NCBI GenBank assembly: GCA_965223905.1 | Contig: CBDCXV010000011.1 | Span: 1,408,001 to 1,472,000, forward strand | Reading direction: 5' to 3' | Length of the DNA: 64,000 bases | Source of the DNA: Candidatus Latescibacterota bacterium | GTDB taxonomy: Bacteria > Latescibacterota > UBA2968 > UBA8231 | Shown: one piece after another, positions 40,037 through 49,729 of the stretch | Layout: every line of letters starts with the position of its first letter | Position numbering within the stretch: position 1 is the first letter of the stretch | Notes under the pieces: model-generated | Databases searched by the model: none | What the model was told of the DNA's origin: nothing | Seen by the model: only the letters and a program-made list of their open reading frames with translations | Program-made: the position numbers and the translations under genes

Positions 40037-42184
40037 TTATCCCGCCGACACGCCCTTCAGCATCTCCAGGATGTCCTTCTCGATACCCTGAATATCCGCC
40101 TCGATATCCCCGAGAGGCCGCGGCGGCTTGTACTGGTAGAAGTAGCGGTTGAAGTTGATCTCGTAGCCGATCAGGCCAACCATCCCGTCCCTGTGATCCC
40201 GCTTCGATGTGTCGATCCAGGCATCCGGCACATGGGGCTCGACCTCGCGCTCGAAGAAGGCGCGGACGCTGTCCGGCACTCCATCCTCTCCGGTGGGATC
40301 CTTTCCATCTGACAGGGGCACCCGCTCGGTGTCCCGCTGCTCCGGGTCGGGTTCGGGTGCGCCGTCCTTGCCGCGGCAAATCCCCGCGGTTTCGTCCCGC
40401 TCTGAAAGGGCATCGAGTATCGCTGTCTTGAGCGGAGCCGGGAGCTTCAGGCCGGCTTTCGAGGCCGCTTTCGCAAGCTCCGCAAGGAACGCCTCCCGGT
40501 CCTTGTGAAGGGTGCCGGGCAGGGTCTCGAGCATGGCCAGAACGGCTTCCTGCAGGGCGCGGCCTGCCTCCTCCTCCCTGACGCCGGCGTCCCCGCGCTT
40601 CTTCGATCTGGCAAGGTTCTGAAACCCCTTCTGGTCGCCCAGCCGGGCGATCCATTCCGGGTTCGCCTGGAAATTGAGCCGCAGCGGCCGTTCCACGGTG
40701 ATCTTCCGGTACCCGAACCGGGACGTCGAGAAGACGCGGCTGACGACGGTCTCTTCCTCCTCTCCGTCCTTTGAGGGCTTGCGGGTCTCGCCGTCACGCA
40801 AACCGGCGAGGAGTTCGAGCACATCGGCTGCCTTATCCGGTGGTATCTGGCGCCGCTTGTCCCCGAGGCTCCGCCGCATCGGCGCCCAGAACCCCGTGGC
40901 GTCGATGAGCTGCACCTTTCCCCTGCGGGCCCCCGCCTTGCGGTTGCTCAGCAGCCACACATAGGTGGCGATGCCGGTGTTGTAGAAGAGCTGCTCCGGC
41001 AGCGCGATCAGGGCCTCCAGCAGGTCGTTCTCGAGGATGTAGCGGCGGATCTCGCTCTCGCCGCTGGCGGCGTCTCCGGTGAACAGGGGCGAGCCGTTCA
41101 TGATGATGGCGATGCGGGTGCCCCCCTCGTCCGCTGCTCTGGCATGGGCGAGCATGTGCAGCAGGAACAGGGTCTGGCCGTCGCTGATGCGCGGCAGACC
41201 GGGGCCGAAGCGGCCGGACGCCCCGCGCTCGTGCTCGGCTTCGACCGCGGCCTTGTCCCGCTTCCAGTCCTTGCCGTAGGGCGGATTGGCGATCAGGTAG
41301 TCGAAAGACTGGCCGGCATGGCGGTCGTTGGAGAGGGTGCTTCCGAAAGCGACGTTTTCCGCGTCGCGGCCCGACGGGTCCTTCATGAAGATGTCGGACT
41401 TGGAGACCGCCCAGGTCTCCGGGTTCACTTCCTGGCCGAAGAGATGGATCTCCGCCTGCGCATTGATGGCGGGACGAACCAGTTGGCCGTTGCTGCTCAT
41501 GCCCCCGGTGATGTGCTCCTTGGCGATCATCAGCATGCCGCCCGAACCGCAGCAGGGGTCGTAGACCGAGCGCACCACCCCGGTGCCGGCGATCTCCTTT
41601 TCGTCACCGGAAAGCATGAGGTCCACCATCAGATGGACGACGTCGCGGGGCGTGAAGTGCTCGCCGGGGTTTTCGTCCAGGGCCTCGTTGAAACAGCGGA
41701 TCAGCTCCTCGAAGATCGTCCCCATGCCCGGGTTGTCGATCGCGTCCGGATGCAGATCGACGCTCCCGAACCGTTCCAGCACCTGGAACAGCAGTCCCGC
41801 CTCGTCGAGCTTGCTGATGGTGTTGTCGAAGTCGAACCGCTCCAGCACCTCGCGCATGTTTGGGCTGAAGCCGGCGATGTAGTTCCTGAGGTTGGCGGCG
41901 AGGTTCGGCGCATCGGCGAGCAGCTTGTCGAAGTCGTAGCGGGAGGTGTTGTAGAAACTGAAGCCGGATGTTCGACAGAGCTGGTCATTCAGGTCTTCAA
42001 GGCCCCGCTCCGACAGTTCGGCCTGCCGTTGCAGCACCTTCTCCTTGGTCGGTGCGAGCACGCAGTCGAGGCGGCGCAGCACGGTCAGCGGCAGGATGAC
42101 GTCCTGGTACTTGCCGCGCTTGAAGCTGTCGCGGATCAGGTCCGCGACCCCCCAGAGAAAACTGACTATTCCGCTGTGGTTCAT
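40037..42184 (-). CDS. hsdM: Type I RM methyltransferase HsdM
   Basis: ILPLTVLRRLDC, GEHFTPRDVV, YDPCCGSGGML, ANPPYG, FYNTGIATY, GYEINFNRYFY; intact 715 aa. Confidence 0.96.
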   Translation of the reverse strand: MNHSGIVSFLWGVADLIRDSFKRGKYQDVILPLTVLRRLDCVLAPTKEKVLQRQAELSERGLEDLNDQLCRTSGFSFYNTSRYDFDKLLADAPNLAANLRNYIAGFSPNMREVLERFDFDNTISKLDEAGLLFQVLERFGSVDLHPDAIDNPGMGTIFEELIRCFNEALDENPGEHFTPRDVVHLMVDLMLSGDEKEIAGTGVVRSVYDPCCGSGGMLMIAKEHITGGMSSNGQLVRPAINAQAEIHLFGQEVNPETWAVSKSDIFMKDPSGRDAENVAFGSTLSNDRHAGQSFDYLIANPPYGKDWKRDKAAVEAEHERGASGRFGPGLPRISDGQTLFLLHMLAHARAADEGGTRIAIIMNGSPLFTGDAASGESEIRRYILENDLLEALIALPEQLFYNTGIATYVWLLSNRKAGARRGKVQLIDATGFWAPMRRSLGDKRRQIPPDKAADVLELLAGLRDGETRKPSKDGEEEETVVSRVFSTSRFGYRKITVERPLRLNFQANPEWIARLGDQKGFQNLARSKKRGDAGVREEEAGRALQEAVLAMLETLPGTLHKDREAFLAELAKAASKAGLKLPAPLKTAILDALSERDETAGICRGKDGAPEPDPEQRDTERVPLSDGKDPTGEDGVPDSVRAFFEREVEPHVPDAWIDTSKRDHRDGMVGLIGYEINFNRYFYQYKPPRPLGDIEADIQGIEKDILEMLKGVSAG

Positions 42185-42317
42185 CGGCTTACATGGAGGA
42201 TGTCGTGTTTACGCATCGCTTCGATTCCTGCACTCGCCTCTGCCTGTCCGGGAAGCCTCCCGAGACAGCGAATCCGGATGCGGGGTTCGCGGCCCCGGCC
42301 CGGGGTAGCCGCAACGG

Positions 42318-43376
42318 CTATCCGTCGAGCCGTACCTCGCGCCCGCTTCGCGCCGACTCGTACACGGAATCCTGGATCAGCTGCAGGTTGCGGATCTCGC
42401 GCGGGGTTTGCGACGGTTCGGTCCCCTCGCGGATGGCGGTGGCGAAGCGGTGGATCTCCCGGAACACGCTCTCCCCCCAGGAATGGCGCTGCCCCGGCTC
42501 GGCGTAGTCGGTGGGAGTGCGGTCGACGATCTCCCCTCCCTCGTCCATCAGGACCGACAGCGGGTTGAAGCGGACGGTGCCGCGCTCGCAGATCATCTCG
42601 AAGCTGTAGTGGGCGTCGAGCCGGTCGTGGGCCCAGGTGCCCTCGAGGACGAGGGTGGCGCCGGTATCGAGGCGGATGTGGGCCGCGGCGATGTCCTCCA
42701 CGTCGTACCGGTCGCGCGCCTCCGCGTCCGGCGCGGTCTCGGCCCGTTTGTGCGGGAACAGCCGGTGGGTCGAGCCGGACACCGAGACCAGGCCGGGGCT
42801 TCCGGCGACCCAGAGGGCCACGTCGGCGATATGGATCGCCGTCGAGGCCAGGGCTCCGCCGGCGGCGATCTCGCTGATGTAATGCGGGCCCCACCAGGGA
42901 ATGGAGGGGTAGTAGGTCCAGGCGCGGATGTAGGTGGGTTGGCCGAGCTTCCCCGACTCCACCAGCTCCCTGAGCATGCCGGCTTCCAGCATGTGCCGCA
43001 TGTTGGTGCCGACCTGGATCATGCGCCCGCCCTGTTCCGCGGCCGCCAGCATCCGGTCCGCCTCGGCGACGTTCATGGCGAACGGCTTCTCGCACAGCAC
43101 GTGGGCCCCGGCCTCCAGCGCCGCGACCGCGATCTCGCAGTGCGTCTGGGGCATGGTGGCGACGCTGACGAGGTCGAGGTCACCCGGCTCGAGCAGCTCG
43201 CGGAAATCTCCGGCGGTGCGCGCCCCCGGAAAGCGCTTCCCCGCGGCGGCGAGCGCCTCTTCTTTGATGTCGCACAGCGCCGCGACTTCGACGGTCTCCG
43301 GCATGCGGCCGTAGGCCTCGAAATGGCCCTTCCCCATGGCGCCAAGGCCGACCACTCCCACCCGCAGCTTTTCCAT
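42318..43376 (-). CDS. Gfo/Idh/MocA family oxidoreductase
   Basis: LRVGVVGLGAMG, HVLCEKPFA, GGALASTAIH, VEDIAAA. Confidence 0.9.
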   Translation of the reverse strand: MEKLRVGVVGLGAMGKGHFEAYGRMPETVEVAALCDIKEEALAAAGKRFPGARTAGDFRELLEPGDLDLVSVATMPQTHCEIAVAALEAGAHVLCEKPFAMNVAEADRMLAAAEQGGRMIQVGTNMRHMLEAGMLRELVESGKLGQPTYIRAWTYYPSIPWWGPHYISEIAAGGALASTAIHIADVALWVAGSPGLVSVSGSTHRLFPHKRAETAPDAEARDRYDVEDIAAAHIRLDTGATLVLEGTWAHDRLDAHYSFEMICERGTVRFNPLSVLMDEGGEIVDRTPTDYAEPGQRHSWGESVFREIHRFATAIREGTEPSQTPREIRNLQLIQDSVYESARSGREVRLDG

Positions 43377-43395
43377 CCCGGCTCCTTTCTCTCCG

Positions 43396-43872
43396 TTACG
43401 CCTTCTTCTTCGCGGCGGCTTTCTTCTTTGCCTTCGCCTTCTTCGCTTTGGCCTTCGGCTTCTTCGCTGCCGGCTTGGCAACCGACTGCAGGAACTTCAC
43501 CACCTCCGCGGCCTCCTTGCCCCCCTTCCGGGCATGGGTCATCAGCGCGATCCCGTGCGGCCCCTTCTCGTTGACGACCGCGGGGTTGTCGGCCACCACC
43601 GCCTGCACGATATCGAGCTTGCCCAGCATGGCCGCGGCGAACAGGTCGATGCGAGCCCCGTTTTCCAGCAGATACTCGGCGATGTCCCGGCGGCCCATGT
43701 GCGCCGCGGCTCCCAGCCCGGTCTCCCAGTCGCCGCCTCCCCAGTCCCAGGAGGAGTTGACGAGCGCCGGCTCCTGCGAGATCAGCTCCTTCACGCTGTC
43801 GAAGTCGCCGTGGGCGTCGTTGACGAACTGTTTCACCAGCTCCGGGGAGATGGCGGCTTTCTTCGGTGACAT
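43396..43872 (-). CDS. Ankyrin-repeat protein with Lys/Ala-rich C-terminal tail
   Basis: AHGDFDSVKELI, DWETGLGAAAHMGRRDIAEYLLENGA, FAAAMLG, GPHGIALMTHA; tail AKPAAKKPKAKAKKAKAKKKAAAKKKA. Confidence 0.85.
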   Translation of the reverse strand: MSPKKAAISPELVKQFVNDAHGDFDSVKELISQEPALVNSSWDWGGGDWETGLGAAAHMGRRDIAEYLLENGARIDLFAAAMLGKLDIVQAVVADNPAVVNEKGPHGIALMTHARKGGKEAAEVVKFLQSVAKPAAKKPKAKAKKAKAKKKAAAKKKA

Positions 43873-44001
43873 GGTCTTCTTCCTGTGGTGGGGTTGGCGG
43901 GGTTGGCGGCCTTTGACTCGCAGCGGCCGTTTCGGGCCGCCGAATCCGTTCGGGACGGGTCCTGGGTCCTGCCGGCCTTGCAGGTGGATCCTTCGACCGT
44001 A

Positions 44002-44628
44002 TCAGCCGGAGGGGGAGGAGGCCGCCTCGAAGCTCGCCTCCACGTCGGCGCGATACGCCTCGAGGGGTGGCGTTTCCAGGCGTTCCACCTTCGACATGTC
44101 GTCCCAGCGGCGCAGCCGCACCGCGGTGTCGAGGTGGGGATGGCGTGCGAATTCCCGCCGCTCCTCGTCCGACATCGGACCCCCCTGCAGCTCGAGGCTC
44201 TTCTTGGAACCCGCGGACAGGCCGTCCCGGTACTCCGGCTCGACGGCGCACAGGTACCTCTTTGCCGGCACGTGCAGGCGGATCGGCTCGACGATGGCAC
44301 CGGGAAGAAAGCCAACCATGTAGTCGGCCCCGATGACCTCGTGCTCGAGGTCATCGTGCTGGAAGTCCGCGGTCTCGTTGTGCTCGTCGAGCAGGAAATG
44401 CCCGATGTCGTGGAGCAGGGCGGCGGTTACCACCTGCGCTGCGGAGCCTTCCCGGCGCGCCAGGCGGGCGCACTGCAGGGCGTGCTCGAGCTGGGTGACG
44501 CTGCGGTCGTAGTAGATGCCTCCCTTTCTCTGCATGTAGGCGAAGAGCAGGTCGGTTTTCCGCGCTGCCGAAGGGCTTGCCTGCAGATCGGCGCGCAGGG
44601 ATTGATCGATGCGTCCCGGGTTGTTCAC
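44002..44628 (-). CDS. phnZ: HD-domain diiron oxygenase, PhnZ-like
   Basis: VTQLEHALQCA, ALLHDIGH, HEVIGA, LHVPAKRYLC, SLELQGGPM, LRRWDD; GTG start overlaps the phnY stop. Confidence 0.8.
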   Translation of the reverse strand: MNNPGRIDQSLRADLQASPSAARKTDLLFAYMQRKGGIYYDRSVTQLEHALQCARLARREGSAAQVVTAALLHDIGHFLLDEHNETADFQHDDLEHEVIGADYMVGFLPGAIVEPIRLHVPAKRYLCAVEPEYRDGLSAGSKKSLELQGGPMSDEERREFARHPHLDTAVRLRRWDDMSKVERLETPPLEAYRADVEASFEAASSPSG

Positions 44629-45428
44629 AGTACCGTCCTTCCTCGAAAGTGCCTGATCTTGCTGATCATCCCGGCTTCCTCGGGATTCTCCTTCATCTTC
44701 TTCATGGCGGCGAGCTTGTCCTGGTAGTAGCGCTCGCGCAGGTCCCCCGCCGACAGGGCGTTGTAGGTGACGTAGAGCAGCCTGCGCGGCTGGCCGGTGT
44801 TGTTCGGAGGGCTGTGGTGGGGCGCGTACGAACCGAAGAACAGGATGTCCCCCGGATCGGTCGGGACCGCCACCCATTCCATCTGCGCCGCGGCCGTTTC
44901 CTCGATGCAGCCGTGCTCGTCGAGGGCGACGAAGCCCCGGACATGCAGACCCGGGCTGAAGAACAGGCAGCCGTTCTCCGGGGTAGCCGGATCGACCGAT
45001 ATCAGGCAGGTGACGTGGTAGTCGGCGAACTCGTAGGCCGGGGCGTCCTGGTGGGCGGCGTACCCGCCGCCGCCGGGGTACTTGTAGTTGATCTTCTCCT
45101 TGTAGAGGACGGCCGCTTCCCCCATCAGCTCGGAGACCGCCTCGACGACCTTGCCGCGGGTGAGCAGGGCCTGGAGATCCTTCTGGAACGGCGCGAAGTT
45201 CTCCGACCTCGACAGGCGCACCCCCGAACCGGTCCGCTCGAAGTGATGCAGCCATTCCCCGCGGTCCGGCGGCCACTCCGAAACCTCGGCGACCGCCCTG
45301 CCCAGCACGGCGACCTCTCCCGGCTCGAAGAAGCGCCTGATGCGGAGGAACCCGTCCTCTTCCCAGCTGCGTTTCATCGCGGCGCTGATGGCGGGGGCCG
45401 TTCCCTGCGGCCCGTCGAATCTGGACAT
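44625..45428 (-). CDS. phnY: Fe(II)/2-oxoglutarate dioxygenase, PhyH family, PhnY-like
   Basis: LYKEKINYKYPGGGGYAAHQDAPAY, ATPENGCL, PGDILFF..YAPHHS, RRLLYVTYN; coupled to phnZ. Confidence 0.72.
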   Translation of the reverse strand: MSRFDGPQGTAPAISAAMKRSWEEDGFLRIRRFFEPGEVAVLGRAVAEVSEWPPDRGEWLHHFERTGSGVRLSRSENFAPFQKDLQALLTRGKVVEAVSELMGEAAVLYKEKINYKYPGGGGYAAHQDAPAYEFADYHVTCLISVDPATPENGCLFFSPGLHVRGFVALDEHGCIEETAAAQMEWVAVPTDPGDILFFGSYAPHHSPPNNTGQPRRLLYVTYNALSAGDLRERYYQDKLAAMKKMKENPEEAGMISKIRHFRGRTVL

Positions 45429-45616
45429 ATTGGAAAAAATATACTTTGGCTGTTGTCAGCTCTCCCCGGCCCGTGTTGAAGCTCGCTTTACGGGGGAGTC
45501 CCGGCAAGCGGCGCCGGGTGTCCTGTCCTGAAAAAACCGACGGCTGAAATCCTGGCGCCAAGGGGCCAGGGTCACAAGGCCGCGGCGCCGGCCCTCGGAA
45601 GTACCGAAAACCCCTC

Positions 45617-47006
45617 GTGCAGACACTCATCCAGCGCATCGGTCTTCCCCTGCTCTTCTCCGCCGCCTCCGCGGCCGGCTTCTGGTACGCCGGCGCCCGG
45701 TCCCTCGAACCCGGCGGCGACCGCGTCGAGGTCTCCTGGCTGATCCCCGTAAACGACATGAAGAGCAGCTACGAGGAGCTCGCCGCCGGCTTCCGCGCCC
45801 GCCATCCCGACATCGACCTGCGCATGATCTGGGTCCCCGGCAACCAGTACCAGACCAAGTTCAAGACCCTCTCCGCTGCAGGCGACGCCCCGGACGTCTT
45901 CTACACCGGCGACGTCTGGGTGGCGTACATGCTCCCCTTCCTGCGCGACATGACCTGGTACTTCGAGCGCGACCGCGAGGAGATCGACCTCGACGACTTC
46001 TTCCCCGAGGTCATCCCGGCGATGCAGCACAAGGGCAGGTTCTACTTCCTCGCCGTCCACATCAACGTCTCGATGCTGTATTTCAACCGGAAGCTGTTCG
46101 ACGAGGCCGGCGTCTCCTACCCGACCCCGGACTGGACCTGGGACGACTTCTTCCGCGCCGGCGAGGCGATATCGCGGGTGCGCGAGGACGGCACCCGGAT
46201 CTGGGGATCGGACATCAGCACCTCCTGGTGGGGGGAGTGGCTGATCTACGTCCGCCAGGCACCTTCTGGCGCATCTACAACCGCGTCGAGGACCTCGACT
46301 GGGACGTCGCCCTGCTGCCGAAGGGGCCGGCGCGCAGGCACGGCGGTGAGATCGCTGTCGGCGCCTTTGCCGTCACCAAAAACTGCCGGCACCCGGAAGC
46401 GGCCTGGCCGCTCCACATTCTGGTTCTACCTGATGGCGGGACCGGCGATCATCGGATTCCTGGCCTTCGCCCTGATCCCGATGCTCTACTCCCTCTACCT
46501 CAGCTTCACGCGCTACACCGTGGTGAACCCGCCCGAGTGGATCGGCATCGACCACTACTACGGCGCCCTCGTAGGCGGCGCCGGCCTGATGCTGTTTCCG
46601 CTGGCCTGGATGCTGATGACGAGCCTGAAGTCGTTCACCGAGGTCCTGCAGGAGCCGATGAAGTGGATCCCCGAGCGGTCGCAGTGGAGCAACTACCTCG
46701 TGGTGTTCCGGGAGTTCGAGTTCGGCAGGTTCCTGTGGAACTCGGTCTTCGTCACCGGGATGACGATTGCCGGGACCCTGGTTTCCTGATCGGCCGCGGC
46801 CTACGCCTTCGTCTTCATCCGCGTGCGCTTCAAGGGTCCGAATCGCCAAGGCGGGAGTCATCCTCGGAGGGGCCGGCACCCAGGTGACGCCGTGGAACCT
46901 GGTGATGGCGCTGACCACGGTGATGATCGTGCCGGTCATCGTCGTCTTCTTCCTGGCGCAGAAGCGGTTCATCGAGGGGATCAGCGCCTCGGGGATCAAG
47001 GGGTAG
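45617..47006 (+). pseudogene. Deletion-collapsed carbohydrate ABC transporter operon (substrate-binding protein + two permeases)
   Basis: Consecutive fragments: SBP N-half (AGDAPDVF, LYFNRKLFDEAG...WTWDDF), SBP C-piece (WDVALLPKGP...HPEAAW), permease-1 start (YSLYLSFT...WIGIDHY), permease-2 start (WMLMTSLK...WSNY...LWNS) and end ([19 protein letters not shown]). Confidence 0.8.
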
Positions 47007-47139
47007 GGGAAGAGCTGCAGGTGCCTGGAACAAGCGCGGGGCGCGGGGAATTCTGCAATACAGGGGGAAGCTTGGGCATCAGGGCGGCGAGGACTCTCCG
47101 CAAAGTGCGGCTCACGTGGTGGCGCCGGACCGTACATGC

Positions 47140-47180
47140 AAAGAGGGTGCCGGGGCAATCCCCGGCACCCTCTTTTTTTT
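47140..47180. terminator. Strong, probably bidirectional Rho-independent terminator
   Basis: Perfect 16-bp stem AAAGAGGGTGCCGGGG-CAAT-CCCCGGCACCCTCTTT with a T run, between convergent genes. Confidence 0.85.
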
Positions 47181-47195
47181 CCGAAGCGGTTGGCT

Positions 47196-47405
47196 CTACA
47201 GCGCCCTGACGTTCTCCGCGGCGGGGCCCTTCTGGCCCTGCACCACCTCGAACTCGACCTGCTGGCCTTCAGCGAGCGACTTGAAGCCGTCTGTCTGAAT
47301 GGCGCTATAGTGCACGAAGACATCGTCTCCGTTCTGCACGCTGATGAAGCCGAAGCCCTTGGCGTCGTTGAACCACTTCACTGTTCCTGACTGGCGATCC
47401 GCCAT
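47196..47405 (-). CDS. cspA: Cold-shock protein
   Basis: [15 protein letters not shown] (RNP1), DVFVHYSAI (RNP2), [16 protein letters not shown]; GGGAGG RBS. Confidence 0.97.
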   Translation of the reverse strand: MADRQSGTVKWFNDAKGFGFISVQNGDDVFVHYSAIQTDGFKSLAEGQQVEFEVVQGQKGPAAENVRAL

Positions 47406-47682
47406 AACTAACCCTCCCTGTGGGGCATGTGATTGCAGCAGGACGTTTCGAGATGGACTGGCGGGATGTAACTCAGAACAGCGCGGAACGACTGCCGAAA
47501 ATACCCTCTGCGGGTGCAGAGAGCTTAGTCCGAATAATATATGGCCAATGTCGAAGGAAATCCAAAAGCATTTTGCCGGTCTGGAATACGTCGCTGTACC
47601 GGCGTTTTTACGCGGCTTGCGGCCGAGCCGTAAGCAGGGTGCCCATCTTCGCCGGCCGGTCCCCCTTGCCGGAGGCCGGGAT

Positions 47683-49533
47683 TCAGGTCGAGATACCCTC
47701 CATCGGAGGGAAGTCGTACGAAGGCCGGTGGACGAACCGCTTCATCCCCATGTCGAGCTCGATGCGCGCGGCCGGTCCCAGCTCGACGAGAAGATGCCTG
47801 CCCCCCACGGTCACCCGCTGCTCTTCCCCACCGCCGTCGCTGCCGCGGACCTCGGTGAACTCGTGCTCGCCGAAGGAACCGGCCTGAAGCAGCACCGGAC
47901 GGGCATGGACCGGATCGGTGTTGACGAGGGTGACCCGGGCCCCGTGCGCACCGGCGCGGTCGGCGAGGGCGGCCACGTGCCTGGGCAGCCCGGCGCGCCG
48001 CTGCTCCGGGTCGAAATAGCGCAGGTGGGCCTGCAGCAGGCCGCCGTTGTAGACCGCGGCCGGCGTCCCCATGGCCATCTGCACGAGAGCCTCCGGGAGC
48101 ACCGGGCAGAGCCGCTGGAAGTGGTAGCACTCCCGCGTCTCCGGGTCGCTGTCGTCCGCTTCGAGCCGGTCGAGGGCGCGGCAGACGCTGCCGTAGGTCG
48201 TGTCGAGGACCTGCTCGGGAAACCCGGGGTTCTTCCCCTCGACGAACGCGGACCAGGCCATGGGCGGGCAGATCCCCGCCTTGCCGGCGCCCCAGTCCTC
48301 CGGCAGGCCGGCGAACCCCTCCCGGTCGGGAAACAGCTCGTCTAGGCGCGCGAGGTCCTCTTCGCTCTGGCTCAGGTAGTACAGGTGGATGTAGTGGTAG
48401 GGGTCCGGCGGCCGGTAGTCGAACCAGCCCCGGTCGCCGTGCCGGGACGGGATCATCTGCACCCCGTCGACGTCGCGGCGCAGCGACCACAGCATGTCGA
48501 GCTGCGAGCGGCAGAGGTCGAGATGGGACATGTCCCCCGTCATCAGGGCGGCGCAGCTGCCGGCCACGAAGGCCGGCTCGACGACGTTGCGGGCCCCGTG
48601 CGGCCAGCGCCAGCCGTAGTACCCGCCCCACCATTTGCCGTTGTTCAGCTCCCCGATCCGGCCGCCGGGTCCGATGTTGTCCGGCATGATGCCGCCGTTG
48701 GCGTCGCGGTGCTCCATCCACCTCTCCAGGTAGTCGAGCACCCACTGCCTGTACTTCTCCTCGCCGGTGTACAGGTAGGCGTTGGTGACCATGCTGGCGG
48801 CGTTCAGGTTCAGCGGCACGTCGCCGCGGGTCATGCGCTCGTTTATGAGTGCCAGGACCTTGGCGAAGATCCCGTCGTCGGTCCAGTCGACCTTGAACAT
48901 CGGGTCGTCGCTGCCGGCGCCGGGTATGTCCTCGAAAGGGGAGAGGTAGTCGGCCAGGATCGGCCTGTGGTACTCCCAGTCGGCCTGCGTGGTGACGAAT
49001 CGCGGGCCGCGGCTGCCGTTCAGCGGACCGCGGATCATGCGCCTGTCCGCGTCCCAGTTCGGGGCCAGGGGGTCCTCCCCGGTGTACATGGCGGCGTAGC
49101 GCAGGGCGCGGTTGCGGTCGATGAAATGCCCCGGGTCCGACATGGCGAGGTAGTAGATGTAGGTGTAGCTCTCGCTGTGGTGGAACCAGTCGAAGCCGGT
49201 GACGAACTCGCGGTCGACGGTGCCGTAATCCGCGTACTGCCAGGTGATGGCATCCCACTCCTTGCGGGCGGTGCGGTGGGTGAATTCGCTGCCGCCGAGG
49301 AGGTAGAAGAGCGGAAACGACAGGAAGGCCTCGTAGCCGTTGTCGGTGCCGTCCATGCTCGTCCAGACCGTGCGCTGGATCAGGGTGCCGTCCGGGCGCG
49401 TCGCATGCCTGGTGAAGCGGACGGCCGCCCGGTCCATCAGGTCGAACAGGTGGCGCTGGCGCACCGCCCAGTCCGGCGGGATGGTGCGGCCCCCGGCTCG
49501 CAGCACGGGTTGTGAGTGAAGTTCCTGGTTCAC
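47683..49533 (-). CDS. Conserved hypothetical protein (616 aa), possibly an (alpha/alpha)-barrel glycosidase/lyase-like fold
   Basis: GTG start with AAAGGA RBS; long aromatic-rich ORF with host-like codon use ([38 protein letters not shown]); fold is inference. Confidence 0.7.
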   Translation of the reverse strand: MNQELHSQPVLRAGGRTIPPDWAVRQRHLFDLMDRAAVRFTRHATRPDGTLIQRTVWTSMDGTDNGYEAFLSFPLFYLLGGSEFTHRTARKEWDAITWQYADYGTVDREFVTGFDWFHHSESYTYIYYLAMSDPGHFIDRNRALRYAAMYTGEDPLAPNWDADRRMIRGPLNGSRGPRFVTTQADWEYHRPILADYLSPFEDIPGAGSDDPMFKVDWTDDGIFAKVLALINERMTRGDVPLNLNAASMVTNAYLYTGEEKYRQWVLDYLERWMEHRDANGGIMPDNIGPGGRIGELNNGKWWGGYYGWRWPHGARNVVEPAFVAGSCAALMTGDMSHLDLCRSQLDMLWSLRRDVDGVQMIPSRHGDRGWFDYRPPDPYHYIHLYYLSQSEEDLARLDELFPDREGFAGLPEDWGAGKAGICPPMAWSAFVEGKNPGFPEQVLDTTYGSVCRALDRLEADDSDPETRECYHFQRLCPVLPEALVQMAMGTPAAVYNGGLLQAHLRYFDPEQRRAGLPRHVAALADRAGAHGARVTLVNTDPVHARPVLLQAGSFGEHEFTEVRGSDGGGEEQRVTVGGRHLLVELGPAARIELDMGMKRFVHRPSYDFPPMEGIST

Positions 49534-49729
49534 GGGTGGTTTCCTTTCAAATCGGTGAGGAGCCTGTCGGTTTTGACGGAGTGCCGCTTTCCCGGAGGAA
49601 TCATTGGGGCCGCTCCAAAAGGGGCGCGCCGGGACCCCTGGGGAGATCCCGCCTGCAGCCGCAACCAAGCCATCGGTCGCCAGGCCCGGCCGCAGCCCCG
49701 ACGGGATACCTGGACAGGCCCGGGTCCGT

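Noticed and set aside
45617-46789. 390-aa SBP-permease fusion as a novel one-component transporter
   Set aside because: Each part is a truncated fragment, the middle is out of frame and the permease EAA loops are missing
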